Source: Dendrobates tinctorius (lineage: Eukaryota). Taken from it: a DNA stretch of 64,000 bases. The position numbers were made by a program, and so were the translations under genes. The DNA lies in assembly GCF_039654945.1 (NCBI RefSeq), contig NW_027361671.1, positions 62,868,001 to 62,932,000 on the forward strand. The letters run 5' to 3'. This document shows, in pieces, positions 35,735 to 48,176 of this stretch. Position 1 is the stretch's first letter; each line of letters starts with the position of its first letter. The notes under the pieces were generated by a model. The model searched no databases. It had not been told where the DNA came from and worked only from the letters and a program-made list of their open reading frames with translations.

Positions 35735-38700
35735 AATGGATGCCACAATGTGCGGCATACTCCCAGTGATGGACGCCACAGTGTGCGGCATGCTCCCGGT
35801 GATGGACCCACAGTACGCGGCACGCTCCCAGTGATGGACCCACAGTACACGGCACGCTCCCAGTGATGGACCCACAGTAAATGGCATGCTCCCAGTGATG
35901 GACTCACTGTACGCGACACGCTCCCAGTGATGGACCCTCTGTACGTGGCACGTTCCCAGTGATGGACCCACAGTACGCGGCACGCTCCCAGTGATGGACC
36001 CACAGTACGCGGCACGCTCCCAGTGATGGACCCACAGTATGCGGCACGCTCCCAGTGATGGACCCACAGTACGCGGCACGCTCCCATTGATGGACCCACT
36101 GTACACAGCACGCTCCCGATGATGGACCCACTGTATGCGGCACGCTCCCGGTGATGGACCCACAGTACGCGGCACGCTCCCATTGATGGACCCACTGTAC
36201 ACAGCACGCTCCCGTTGATGGACCCACTGTATGCGGCACGCTCCCGGTGATGGACCCACAGTAAACGGCACGCTCCCAGTGATGGACCCTTTGTACGCGG
36301 CACGCTCCCAGTGATGGACCCACAGTATGCGGCACGCTCCCAGTGATGGACCCACAGTACGCGGCACGCTCCCAGTGATGGACCCACTGTACACAGCACG
36401 CTCCCGATGATGGACCCACTGTATGTGGCACGCTCCCGGTGATGGACCCACAGTACGCGGCACGCTCCCATTGATGGACCCACTGTACACAGCACGCTCC
36501 CGATGATGGACCCACTGTATGCGGCACGCTCCCGGTGATGGACCCACAGTACGCGGCACGCTCTCAGTGATGGACCCACAGTAAACGGCACGCTCCCAGT
36601 GATGGACCCTCTGTACGCGGCACGCTCCCAGTGATGGACCCACAGTATGCGGCACGCTCCCAGTGATGGACCCACAGTACGCGGCACGCTCCCATTGATG
36701 GACCCACTGTACACAGCACGCTCCCGATGATGGACCCACTGTACGCGGCACACTCCCGGTGGTGGACCCACAGTACGCGGCACGCTCCCAGTGATGGACC
36801 CACAGTAAACGGCACGCTCCCAGTGATGGACCCTCTGTACGCGGCATGTTCCCAGTGATGGACCCACTGTACGCGGCACGCTCCCAGTCATGGACCCACT
36901 GTACGCGGCACACTCCCGGTGGTGGACTACAGTACACGGCACGCTGCCGGTGATGGACCCACTGTCCACGGCACACTCCCGGTGATGGACCCACTGTACA
37001 CGGCACGCTCCCGGTGATGGACCCACAGTAAGCGACATGCTCCCGGTGATGGACCCACAGTACGCGGCACGCTCCCCGTGATGGACCCACAGTACGCGGC
37101 ACGCTCCCCGTGATGGACCCACAGTACGCGGCACGCTCCCCGTGATGGACGCCACTGTACGCAGCACGCTCCCAGTGATGGACCCCACAGTACGGGGCAT
37201 GCTTCCAGTGATGGACCCACTGTACACGGCACAGTGCGCGGCATGCTCCCAGTGATGGACCCACTGTACATGGCACAGTGCGCGGCACGCTCACAGTGAT
37301 GGACCCTCTGTACGTGGCACGTTCCCAGTGAAGGACCCACAGTACGCGGCACGCTCCCACTAATGGACCCACAGTACGCGGCACGCTCTCAGTGATGGAC
37401 CCACAGTACGCGGCACGCTCCCAGTGATGGACCCACAGTACGCAGCACGCTCCCAGTGATGGACCCACAGTACGCGGCACGCTCCAAGTGATGGACGCCA
37501 CCGTACGTGGCACGCTTCCAGTGATGGACCCCACAGTACGCACCATGCTCCCAGTGATGGACCCACTGTACACGGCATGCTCCCGGTGATGGACCCCACA
37601 GTGCGCGGCACGCTCACAGTGATGGACCCTCTGTACGCGGCACGTTCCCAGTGATGGACACACAGTACGCGGCACGCTCCCAGTAATGGACCCACAGTAC
37701 GCGGCACGCTCTCAGTGATGGACCCACAGTACGCGGCACGCTCCCAGTGATGGACCCACAGTACGCAGCACGCTCCCAGTGATGGACCCACAGTACGCGG
37801 CACGCTCCAAGTGATGGACGCCACAGTACGTGGCACGCTTCCAGTGATGGACCCCACAGTACGCACCATGCTCCCAGTGATGGACCCACTGTACACGGCA
37901 TGCTCCCGGTGATGGACACCACAGTGCGCGGCACGCTCCCGATGATGGACCCACAGTACGCGGCATGCTCCCGTTGATGGACCCACAGTACGCGGCATGC
38001 TCCCGTTGATGGACCCACAGTGCACGGCATGCCCCCGGTGATGGACCCACAGTACGCGGCACGCTTTTTTCATCATAGATTGTAAGCTTGCGAGCAGGGC
38101 CCTCATTCCTCTTGGTATCTGTTATGATCTATGTGATTATTGTTATGCTGTAATGTCTATTGTCTGTACAAGTCCCCTCTGAAATGTAAAGTGCTGCGGA
38201 ATATGTTGGCGCTATAGAAATAAAATTTATTATGCTCCCAGTGATGGCCCCACAGTGCACGGCATGCCCCTGGTGATGGACCCACTGTATACGGCATGCT
38301 CCCGGTGATAGACCCACTGTATACGGCTCGCTCCCGGTGATAGACCCACAGTACGCGGCATGCACCCAGTGATGGACCCACAGTACGTGGCACGCTCCCG
38401 GTGATGGACCCACAGTACGCGGCACGCTCCCATTGATGGACCCACTGTACACAGCACGCTCCCGATGATGGACCCACTGTATGCGGCACGCTCCCGGTGA
38501 TGGACCCACAGTACGCGGCACGCTCCCAGTGATGGACCCACAGTAAACGGCACGCTCCCAGTGATGGACCCTCTGTACGCGGCATGTTCCCAGTGATGGA
38601 CCCACAGTAGGCGGCACGCTCCCAGTAATGGACCCACTGTACGCGGCACACTCCCGGTGGTGGACCCACTGTACGCGGCACGCTCCCAGTGATGGACCCA

Positions 38701-40165
38701 CAGTAAACGGCACGCTCCCAGTGATGGACCCTCTGTACGCGGCATGTTCCCAGTGATGGACCCACTGTACGCGGCACGCTCCCAGTCATGGACCCACTGT
38801 ACGCGGCACACTCCCGGTGGTGGACCACAGTACACGGCACGCTGCCGGTGATGGACCCACTGTCCACGGCACACTCCCGGTGATGGAGCCACTGTACACG
38901 GCACGCTCCCGGTGATGGACCCACAGTAAGCGACATGCTCCCGGTGATGGACCCACAGTACGCGGCACGCTCCCCGTGATGGACCCACAGTACGCGGCAC
39001 GCTCCCCGTGATGGACCCACAGTACGCGGCACGCTCCCAGTGATGGACGCCACTGTACGCAGCACGCTCCCAGTGATGGACCCCACAGTACGGGGCATGC
39101 TTCCAGTGATGGACCCACTGTACACGGCACAGTGCGCGGCATGCTCCCAGTGATGGACCCACTGTACATGGCACAGTGCGCGGCACGCTCACAGTGATGG
39201 ACCCTCTGTACGTGGCACGTTCCCAGTGATGGACCCACAGTACGCGGCACGCTGCCAGTAATGGACCCACAGTACGCGGCACGCTCTCAGTGATGGACCC
39301 ACAGTACGCGGCACGCTCCCAGTGATGGACGACACAGTACGCGGCACGCTCCAAGTGATGGACGCCACAGTACGTGGCACGCTCCAAGTGATGGACGACA
39401 CAGTACGCGGCACGCTCCAAGTGATGGACGCCACCGTACGCGGCACGCTTCCAGTGATGGACCCCACAGTACGCACCATGCTCCCAGTGATGGACCCACA
39501 GTACGCGGCACGCTCCCGGTGATGGACCCACAGTACGCGGCACGCTCCCGGTGATGGACCCACAGTACGCGGCACGCTCCCGGTGATGGACCCACAGTGC
39601 GCGGCACGCTCCCGGTGATGGACCCACAGTGCACGGCTCGCTCCCGGTGATGGACCCACAGTGCACGGCTCGCTCCCGGTGATGGACCCACAGTGCACGG
39701 CTCACTCCCGGTGATGGACCCACAGTACGCGGACGCTCCCGGTGATGGACCCACAGTACGCGGCACGCTCCCGGTGATGGACCCACAGTACGCGGCTCGC
39801 TCCCGGTGATGGACCCACAGTACGCGGCTCGCTCCCGGTGATGGACTCACAGTACGCGGACGCTCCCGGTGATGGACCCACAGTACGCGGCACGCTCCCG
39901 GTGATGGACCCACAGTACGCGGCACGCTCCCGGTGATGGACCCACAGTACGCGGCTCGCTCCCGGTGATGGACCCACAGTACGCGGCACGCTCCCGGTGA
40001 TGGACCCATAGTACGCGGCTCGCTCCCGGTGATGGACCCACAGTACGCGGCACGCTCCCGGTGATGGACCCACAGTGCACGGCTCGCTCCCGGTGATGGA
40101 CCCACAGTGCACGGCACGCTCCCGGTGATGGACCCACTGTATACGGCATGCCCCCCGGTGATGTC
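35735..40165. repeat. CpG-rich 32-bp minisatellite (~4.4 kb)
   Basis: Unit GTGATGGACCCACAGTACGCGGCACGCTCCC(A/G); the long repetitive ORFs here come from the array. Confidence 0.97.
38066..38232 (+). mobile_element. L2-clade LINE 3' tail inside the minisatellite
   Basis: TAGATTGTAAGCTTGCGAGCAGGG ... GTAAAGTGCTGCGGAATATGTTGGCGCTATAGAAATAAA, typical of amphibian L2 3' ends. Confidence 0.7.
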
Positions 40166-40239
40166 CCACAGACATCACACAATCAGCATCACAGCAGCCG
40201 CCAGAACACAAAATCCACTTCACTGGCTAAACTGCTCGT

Positions 40240-40800
40240 CTTGAGTACTCAGCTACTGCGCCTGCGCCTGACGTTAGCCTAAAACCCGCCTTTCACTGAG
40301 AAAGATGTCCAATGAGAACCATTCTTCCGGGACACGACTCCAAAATCGCTAGCTGCAATTTGACACGTTGGACACTAGAGGGCGTGGTGAGCAGAATTGC
40401 AGAGCTTGAAGCTGGCGCACTGATGACGGTGGCGGAGGTGCAGTGCGAGATTGACGCATGTGCAGTGCGAGCACAGTGGTTACCTCAGTGTCTGGATTGT
40501 TACCTTCTGCGGTTTCCTTTCCTCACTAGTTCTCCCGCAGCACCTGTACTCGGGCTGGAAGGCACGGGCGCCTGCGCGGGATTGCGGGGCCGTGACCTGC
40601 TGCTCCGTGTGAGGGGAGAGCTCCTGTCACTGACATTCAGCGGCGCTCCGGGAAGTGTCATGTGCTGGTAACCCGCTGTGTGCCGGACTCTATGCGGCCG
40701 CTGGACCATGAATCTGCACCAGGTGCTGACAGGAGCCGTCAACCCGGGGGATCACTGCTTCTCTGTAGGGAGCCTGCAGGAGCAGCCCGTAACGGTGAGA
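40240..40800. promoter_or_regulatory. CpG-island-like, probably bidirectional promoter and first-exon region
   Basis: Unique CpG-rich sequence with NRF1-like TGCGCCTGCGC (40257, ~40568), TGACGT, CCCGCC, CCAAT and ETS-like CTTCCGG (40324) / CGGGAAGTG (40649); outward-facing donor-like sites (minus at 40484 and 40504, plus GTGAGA at 40795). Confidence 0.6.
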
Positions 40801-40869
40801 CCCTGACTTGGCGGCATTGTATGGGGGGCTACTGTACGTGGCAGCACTGATACTGCGTGGAGCACCTTG

Positions 40870-43800
40870 CTTGTGTGGGCACATTACACGGCAACACTGT
40901 GGGGTGTGTGGTACAGTGTGGGCACATTACACGGCAGCAGTGGGGGGGGGGTGTGTGGTATAGTGTGGGCACATTACACAGCAGCACTGTGATGTGTGTG
41001 GTACAGTGTGGGCACATTACACAGCAGCACTGTGATGTGTGTGGTACAGTGTGGGCACATTACATGGCAGCAGTGGCGGGGGGGTGGTATAGTGTGGGCA
41101 CATTACACAGCAGCACTGTGATGTGTGTGGTATAGTGTGGGCACATTACACGGCAGGACTGTGATGTGTGTGGTACAGTGTGGGCACATTACACGGCAGC
41201 ACTGTGATGTGTGTGGTACAGTGTGGGCACATTACACGGCAGCACTGTGATGTGTGTGGTACAGTGTGGGCACATTACATGGCAGCAGTGGGGGGGGGTG
41301 GTATAGTGTGGGCACATTACACAGCAGCACTGTGATGTGTGTGGTACAGTGTGGGCACATTACATGGCAGCAGTGGGGGGGGGTGGTATAGTGTGGGCAC
41401 ATTACACAGCAGCACTGTGATGTGTGTGGTATAGTGTGGGCACATTACACGGCAGCACTGTGATGTGTGTGGTACAGTGTGGGCACATTACACAGCAGCA
41501 CTGTGATGTGTGTGGTACAGTGTGGGCACATTACATGGCAGCACTGGGGTGTGTGGTACAGTGTGGGCACATTACACGGCAGCACTGTGGGGTGTGTGTG
41601 GTACAGTGTGGGCACATTACATGGCAGCAGTGGGGGGGGTGTGTGGTATAGTGTGGGCACATTACACAGCAGCACTGTGATGTGTGTGGTATAGTGTGGG
41701 CACATTACACGGCAGCACTGTGATGTGTGTGGTACAGTGTGGGCACATTACACGGCAGCACTGTGATGTGTGTGGTACAGTGTGGGCACATTACACGGCA
41801 GCACTGTGATGTGTGTGGTACAGTGTGGGCACATTACATGGCAGCACTGTGGGGTGTGTGTGGTACAGTGTGGGCACATTACATGGCAGCACTGTGGGGT
41901 GTGTGTGGTACAGTGTGGGCACATTACATGGCAGCAGTGGGGGGGGTGTGTGTGGTATAGTGTGGGCACATTACACAGCAGCACTGTGATGTGTGTGGTA
42001 CAGTGTGGGCACATTACATGGCAGCACTGTGGGGTGTGTGTGGTACAGTGTGGGCACATTACATGGCAGCAGTGGGGGGGTGTGTGTGGTACAGTGTGGG
42101 CACATTACACAGCAGCACTGTGGTGTGTGTGGTACAGTGTGGGCACATTACACGGCAGCACTGTGGTGTGTGTGGTACAGTGTGGGCACATTACACGGCA
42201 GCACTGGGGTGTGTGGTACAGTGTGGGCACATTACATGGCAGCACTGGGGTGTGTGGTACAGTGTGGGCACATTACATGGCAGCACTGTGGTGTGTGGTA
42301 CAGTGTGGGCACATTACACGGCAGCACTGTGGGGTGTGTGGTACAGTGTGGGCACATTACATGGCAGCACTGTGGTACAGTGTGCACATTACACGACAGC
42401 AGTGGGGTGTGTGGTACAGTGTGGGCACATTACATGGCAGCACTGTGATGTTTGTGGTACAGTGGGCACATTACATGGCAGCACTGTGATGTTTGTGGTA
42501 CAGTGTGGGCACATTACATGGCAGCATTGGGGTGTGTGGTACAGTGTGGGCACATTACACGGCAGCACTGTGGTGTGTGTGGTACAGTGTGGGCACATTA
42601 CACGGCAGCACTGTGGGGTGTGTGGTACAGTGTGGGCACATTACACGGCAGCACTGTGGGGTGTGTGGTACAGTGTGGGCACATTACACGGCAGCACTGT
42701 GGGGTGTGTGGTACAGTGTGGGCACATTACACGGCAGCACTGTGGGGTGTGTGGTACAGTGTGGGCACATTACACGGCAGCACTGTGGTACAGTGGGCAC
42801 ATTACATGACAGCAGTGGGGTGTGTTTAGTATAGTGTGGGCACATTACATGGCAGCACTGTGATGTGTGTGGTACAGTGTGGGCACATTACACGGCAGCA
42901 CTGTGATGTGTGTGGTACAGTGTGGGCACATTACACGGCAGCACTGTGATGTGTGTGGTACAGTGTGGGCACATTACACGGCAGCACTGTGATGTGTGTG
43001 GTACAGTGTGGGCACATTACACGGCAGCACTGTGATGTGTGTGGTACAGTGTGGGCACATTACACAGCAGCACTGTGATGTGTGTGGTACAGTGTGGGCA
43101 CATTACATGGCAGCACTGGGGTGTGTGGTACAGTGTGGGCACATTACACGGCAGCACTGTGGGGTGTGTGTGGTACAGTGTGGGCACATTACATGGCAGC
43201 AGTGGGGGGGGTGTGTGGTATAGTGTGGGCACATTACACAGCAGCACTGTGATGTGTGTGGTATAGTGTGGGCACATTACACGGCAGCACTGTGATGTGT
43301 GTGGTACAGTGTGGGCACATTACACGGCAGCACTGTGATGTGTGTGGTACAGTGTGGGCACATTACACGGCAGCACTGTGATGTGTGTGGTACAGTGTGG
43401 GCACATTACATGGCAGCACTGTGGGGTGTGTGTGGTACAGTGTGGGCACATTACATGGCAGCACTGTGGGGTGTGTGTGGTACAGTGTGGGCACATTACA
43501 TGGCAGCAGTGGGGGGGGTGTGTGTGGTATAGTGTGGGCACATTACACAGCAGCACTGTGATGTGTGTGGTACAGTGTGGGCACATTACATGGCAGCACT
43601 GTGGGGTGTGTGTGGTACAGTGTGGGCACATTACATGGCAGCAGTGGGGGGGTGTGTGTGGTACAGTGTGGGCACATTACACAGCAGCACTGTGGTGTGT
43701 GTGGTACAGTGTGGGCACATTACACGGCAGCACTGTGGTGTGTGTGGTACAGTGTGGGCACATTACACGGCAGCACTGGGGTGTGTGGTACAGTGTGGGC

Positions 43801-45780
43801 ACATTACATGGCAGCACTGGGGTGTGTGGTACAGTGTGGGCACATTACATGGCAGCACTGTGGTGTGTGGTACAGTGTGGGCACATTACACGGCAGCACT
43901 GTGGGGTGTGTGGTACAGTGTGGGCACATTACATGGCAGCACTGTGGTACAGTGTGCACATTACACGACAGCAGTGGGGTGTGTGGTACAGTGTGGGCAC
44001 ATTACATGGCAGCACTGTGATGTTTGTGGTACAGTGGGCACATTACATGGCAGCACTGTGATGTTTGTGGTACAGTGTGGGCACATTACATGGCAGCATT
44101 GGGGTGTGTGGTACAGTGTGGGCACATTACACGGCAGCACTGTGGTGTGTGTGGTACAGTGTGGGCACATTACACGGCAGCACTGTGGGGTGTGTGGTAC
44201 AGTGTGGGCACATTACACGGCAGCACTGTGGGGTGTGTGGTACAGTGTGGGCACATTACACGGCAGCACTGTGGGGTGTGTGGTACAGTGTGGGCACATT
44301 ACACGGCAGCACTGTGGGGTGTGTGGTACAGTGTGGGCACATTACACGGCAGCACTGTGGTACAGTGGGCACATTACATGACAGCAGTGGGGTGTGTTTA
44401 GTATAGTGTGGGCACATTACATGGCAGCACTGTGATGTGTGTGGTACAGTGTGGGCACATTACACGGCAGCACTGTGATGTGTGTGGTACAGTGTGGGCA
44501 CATTACACGGCAGCACTGTGATGTGTGTGGTACAGTGTGGGCACATTACACGGCAGCACTGTGATGTGTGTGGTACAGTGTGGGCACATTACACGGCAGC
44601 ACTGTGATGTGTGTGGTACAGTGTGGGCACATTACACGGCAGCACTGTGATGTGTGTGGTACAGTGTGGGCACATTACACGGCAGCACTGTGATGTGTGT
44701 GGTACAGTGTGGGCACATTACACGGCAGCACTGTGATGTGTGTGGTACAGTGTGGGCACATTACACGGCAGCACTGTGATGTGTGTGGTACAGTGTGGGC
44801 ACATTACACGGCAGCACTGTGATGTGTGTGGTACAGTGTGGGCACATTACACGGCAGCACTGTGATGTGTGTGGTACAGTGTGGGCACATTACACGGCAG
44901 CACTGTGATGTGTGTGGTACAGTGTGGGCACATTACACGGCAGCACTGTGATGTGTGTGGTACAGTGTGGGCACATTACACGGCAGCACTGTGATGTGTG
45001 TGGTACAGTGTGGGCACATTACACGGCAGCACTGTGATGTGTGTGGTACAGTGTGGGCACATTACACGGCAGCACTGTGATGTGTGTGGTACAGTGTGGG
45101 CACATTACACGGCAGCACTGTGATGTGTGTGGTACAGTGTGGGCACATTACACGGCAGCACTGTGATGTGTGTGGTACAGTGTGGGCACATTACACGGCA
45201 GCACTGTGATGTGTGTGGTACAGTGTGGGCACATTACACGGCAGCACTGTGATGTGTGTGGTACAGTGTGGGCACATTACACGGCAGCACTGTGATGTGT
45301 GTGGTACAGTGTGGGCACATTACACGGCAGCACTGTGATGTGTGTGGTACAGTGTGGGCACATTACACGGCAGCACTGTGATGTGTGTGGTACAGTGTGG
45401 GCACATTACACGGCAGCACTGTGATGTGTGTGGTACAGTGTGGGCACATTACACGGCAGCACTGTGATGTGTGTGGTACAGTGTGGGCACATTACACGGC
45501 AGCACTGTGATGTGTGGGCACATTACATGGCAGCACTGTGATGTGTGTGGTACAGTGTGGGCACATTACACGGCAGCACTGGTGTGTGTGTGTGTGGTAC
45601 AGTGTGGGCACATTACGTGGCAGCACTGTGGTACAGTGGGCACATTACATGGCAGCACTGTGGTGTGTGTGGTACAGTGTGAGCACATTACATGACAGCA
45701 GTGGGGTGTGTTTGGTATACTGTGGTCTGTGTGTTACACTATGGGCATATTACATGTGTGGGTACTGTACATGGCAACAC
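40870..45780. repeat. 43-bp minisatellite (~4.9 kb)
   Basis: Unit TACACGGCAGCACTGTGATGTGTGTGGTACAGTGTGGGCACAT. Confidence 0.97.
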
Positions 45781-46409
45781 TGTGGTGAATTTCTTCGCAC
45801 AGTTTTCCTCATTGGTGTCCTATGAGCAGTACTGTGTCCTGTTCTTGTTGTGTATGTACCGTGGCTGATTAAGCAGTGAGAACATGTTGTGCAGCGTGAG
45901 TGCCAGTCTGATCAGTGTCCGAGTAGCTGGCATTCTCACTCCTGGACTCAGACTTCGTTGCTGTGGTAGATAAACCACAAGTCTGGATCTGTTCCCAATG
46001 ACTTGTTCTATCACATGACTGTGTGTTTCATGTTAGACAGGACAAGCCGCTGTGTAGCTCCCGTCTGTTACCTATAGCAGGCAGCCATTTTATCGGTGTT
46101 GTGTGTGTGTAAGTTATATTTTTACAAACATCACGTCTTGATGTCAGTGTCTGGTGATGATAGAGATGAGCGGTGCTAGATGCAGTAGGTGCTGCTTATC
46201 TCTTGTCTGGTTTTTCTTTTGTGCGATTTCTCTGCTAGAGGGGAAATATACTAAGGGTTTCATGACACAAGCAGATAATCGTGGGAATAATGTGATCATA
46301 ACTCGCAACTACCAAACTATGTTAACTTGCAAAGTTCTATATGAACAAACCACAATATTTCTGGAACAATTCATGTATTTTGAAATACGAATGGAGAGGT
46401 TTATCTGTA

Positions 46410-46680
46410 ATGTCCTGCGCCACAGAAACCTCATACCAGTTGTCGGGTGCAGTGGTGGAGGGGTGATGACTTGAACTTGCTTTGCTGGCACAGGATCTGG
46501 GCAGTTTGCAGTTATTAAATTAACCATGAACTCCTCTTCATACCAAAGTATTCGAGTCAGTAGTGAGGCTATGTAGCCAAAACTGGGTGTTGCAACAAGA
46601 CAATGATTGTAAACACAACAGCAAATCTACTCCATATTGACTGAAAAAGAGAAAATAATTGAGGTGTTGCAATGGTCCCT
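46410..46680 (+). pseudogene. Highly decayed Tc1 transposase fragment
   Basis: Remnants GGGVMT-CF and WVLQQDND-KH..LQW. Confidence 0.55.
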
Positions 46681-47675
46681 TTAAAGATCGGACCACAACC
46701 CAGCTGAATTTCTGTGGCAACAGCTTAACTCCTTCCTGCAAATAGACGTAACTGGTGGTTTCCCATACAGTTGTACAGTTACATCGTTGTAGCAAGAGCT
46801 AGCTGTCATACACAACCAGGCTCCTGCTGCATGTCAAGACTGGACATAGCGCCCATCCCAGCTCTTTATCCCCTCAGATGCCGTTGTCACTAGCTCCAGT
46901 GACGGGGACATCGTTGTATGCATTCAATGGCGCTCCAGCTGATCAAAATATTGTATCTACCCCCAAAATTGAAAATGTTCGGGGCCTTGGAAAATGGGGT
47001 CACAAGCAAATGATTTTTTTCCAAGCACTCATGACCGCACTTGAGAGGGTGGGATCCGCTCTTATCACTGGACAGAAAGCCAAGAGCACAAAATAAAAAG
47101 GCACATCCCACTTCCTCATTCAATGTGGTGTCCTTTGGATGTAGGAACTTTGAGCACACAACTGGAGCAGCCGGGAATCCTATAACACCATAGCGTGTTC
47201 TATAGTAAGAATGGCAGTGAGTACAGGAGCCCAGCTAGACACTGACATGCTAACATCAGTCTGGGTCAATCTACATTTAATGCTTCCATACCTACCTAGG
47301 TTTGGTGTCTGGCCTGGGGCCTTGTGCTTCAGTGGTCCTGCGGTCTTGTCATTCTGGCTAGTTGTGCAGCCTGACGTTTCTTGTTTAGGTACTGTGGCTT
47401 AGTTGGTTAAAGCTGTCTTGTCAACTGATCCTGTGTTTGAATCTCGAGAGTGTCTGGCCTCGTGTCTTGCGTTTTGCTTTGACCAATACCATATGATGTC
47501 TAGATCTCTTTCTGACTGAGTCGCTTCGTCATGGGGGGGGAAAAAAAAGTGGTGTATCAGAAGTAATGGTTGTCACTTCGTTTTCTTAGATTACATTTCA
47601 AGTAAAGAGACTATTTTGCATTTAATTGCTTTCTACTAACACCCTTCATGTTTGGATTGTGCTATTAGCATCCAT

Positions 47676-48041
47676 TTAAGTCCACTACTTTTACATTGAT
47701 GGCCTATCCTTAGGATAGGTCATCAATGTCTGATCGACCATGGTACAGCACCCCTGATGATCAGCTGTTATTGGTGTCGCCGGCTGGAAGTACTTGCTTG
47801 CAGAGCTGGCCGTCTACTTATAGTGGCTTGGGCTTGGTACTGCGCATCCACCTCTTATTCAAATGAATAGGAGGTAGATGGGCAGTGCCCTGAGGAAGCC
47901 ACTACTAGTAGACGACCAGCTCCGCAAGTGACTACTTCCGGCCGACGGATCGACCGGAGTGTCAAACTCCGGCCAATCACACATTTACTGCCTATCCTTA
48001 GGATAGGTCATACATATAAAGGTAGTGGACAACCTCTTTAA
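47676..48041. mobile_element. T2/Kolobok-like palindromic MITE
   Basis: GTCCACTAC / GTAGTGGACAACCTCTTTAA ends; paired CCTATCCTTAGGATAGG palindromes at 47703 and 47991. Confidence 0.65.
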
Positions 48042-48176
48042 GTTGTGGAATTGATGCCATTTTAGAAACTAGGATAAATTAGGATAAATTCTATCATCCC
48101 TAAATGAATGTTTGGTTGTGGTTCTTATTTATATTGAATAGCCTAGACTTTTATTTTTGCCTGTTCTAGTTGTATC

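Noticed and set aside
35735-45780. CRISPR-like array
   Set aside because: Units are contiguous with no unique spacers, there are no cas genes, and the context is eukaryotic.
35572-45825. Long ORFs (up to 649 aa) in the two large arrays
   Set aside because: They are overlapping translations of 32-bp and 43-bp tandem units with few stop codons; no domain content.
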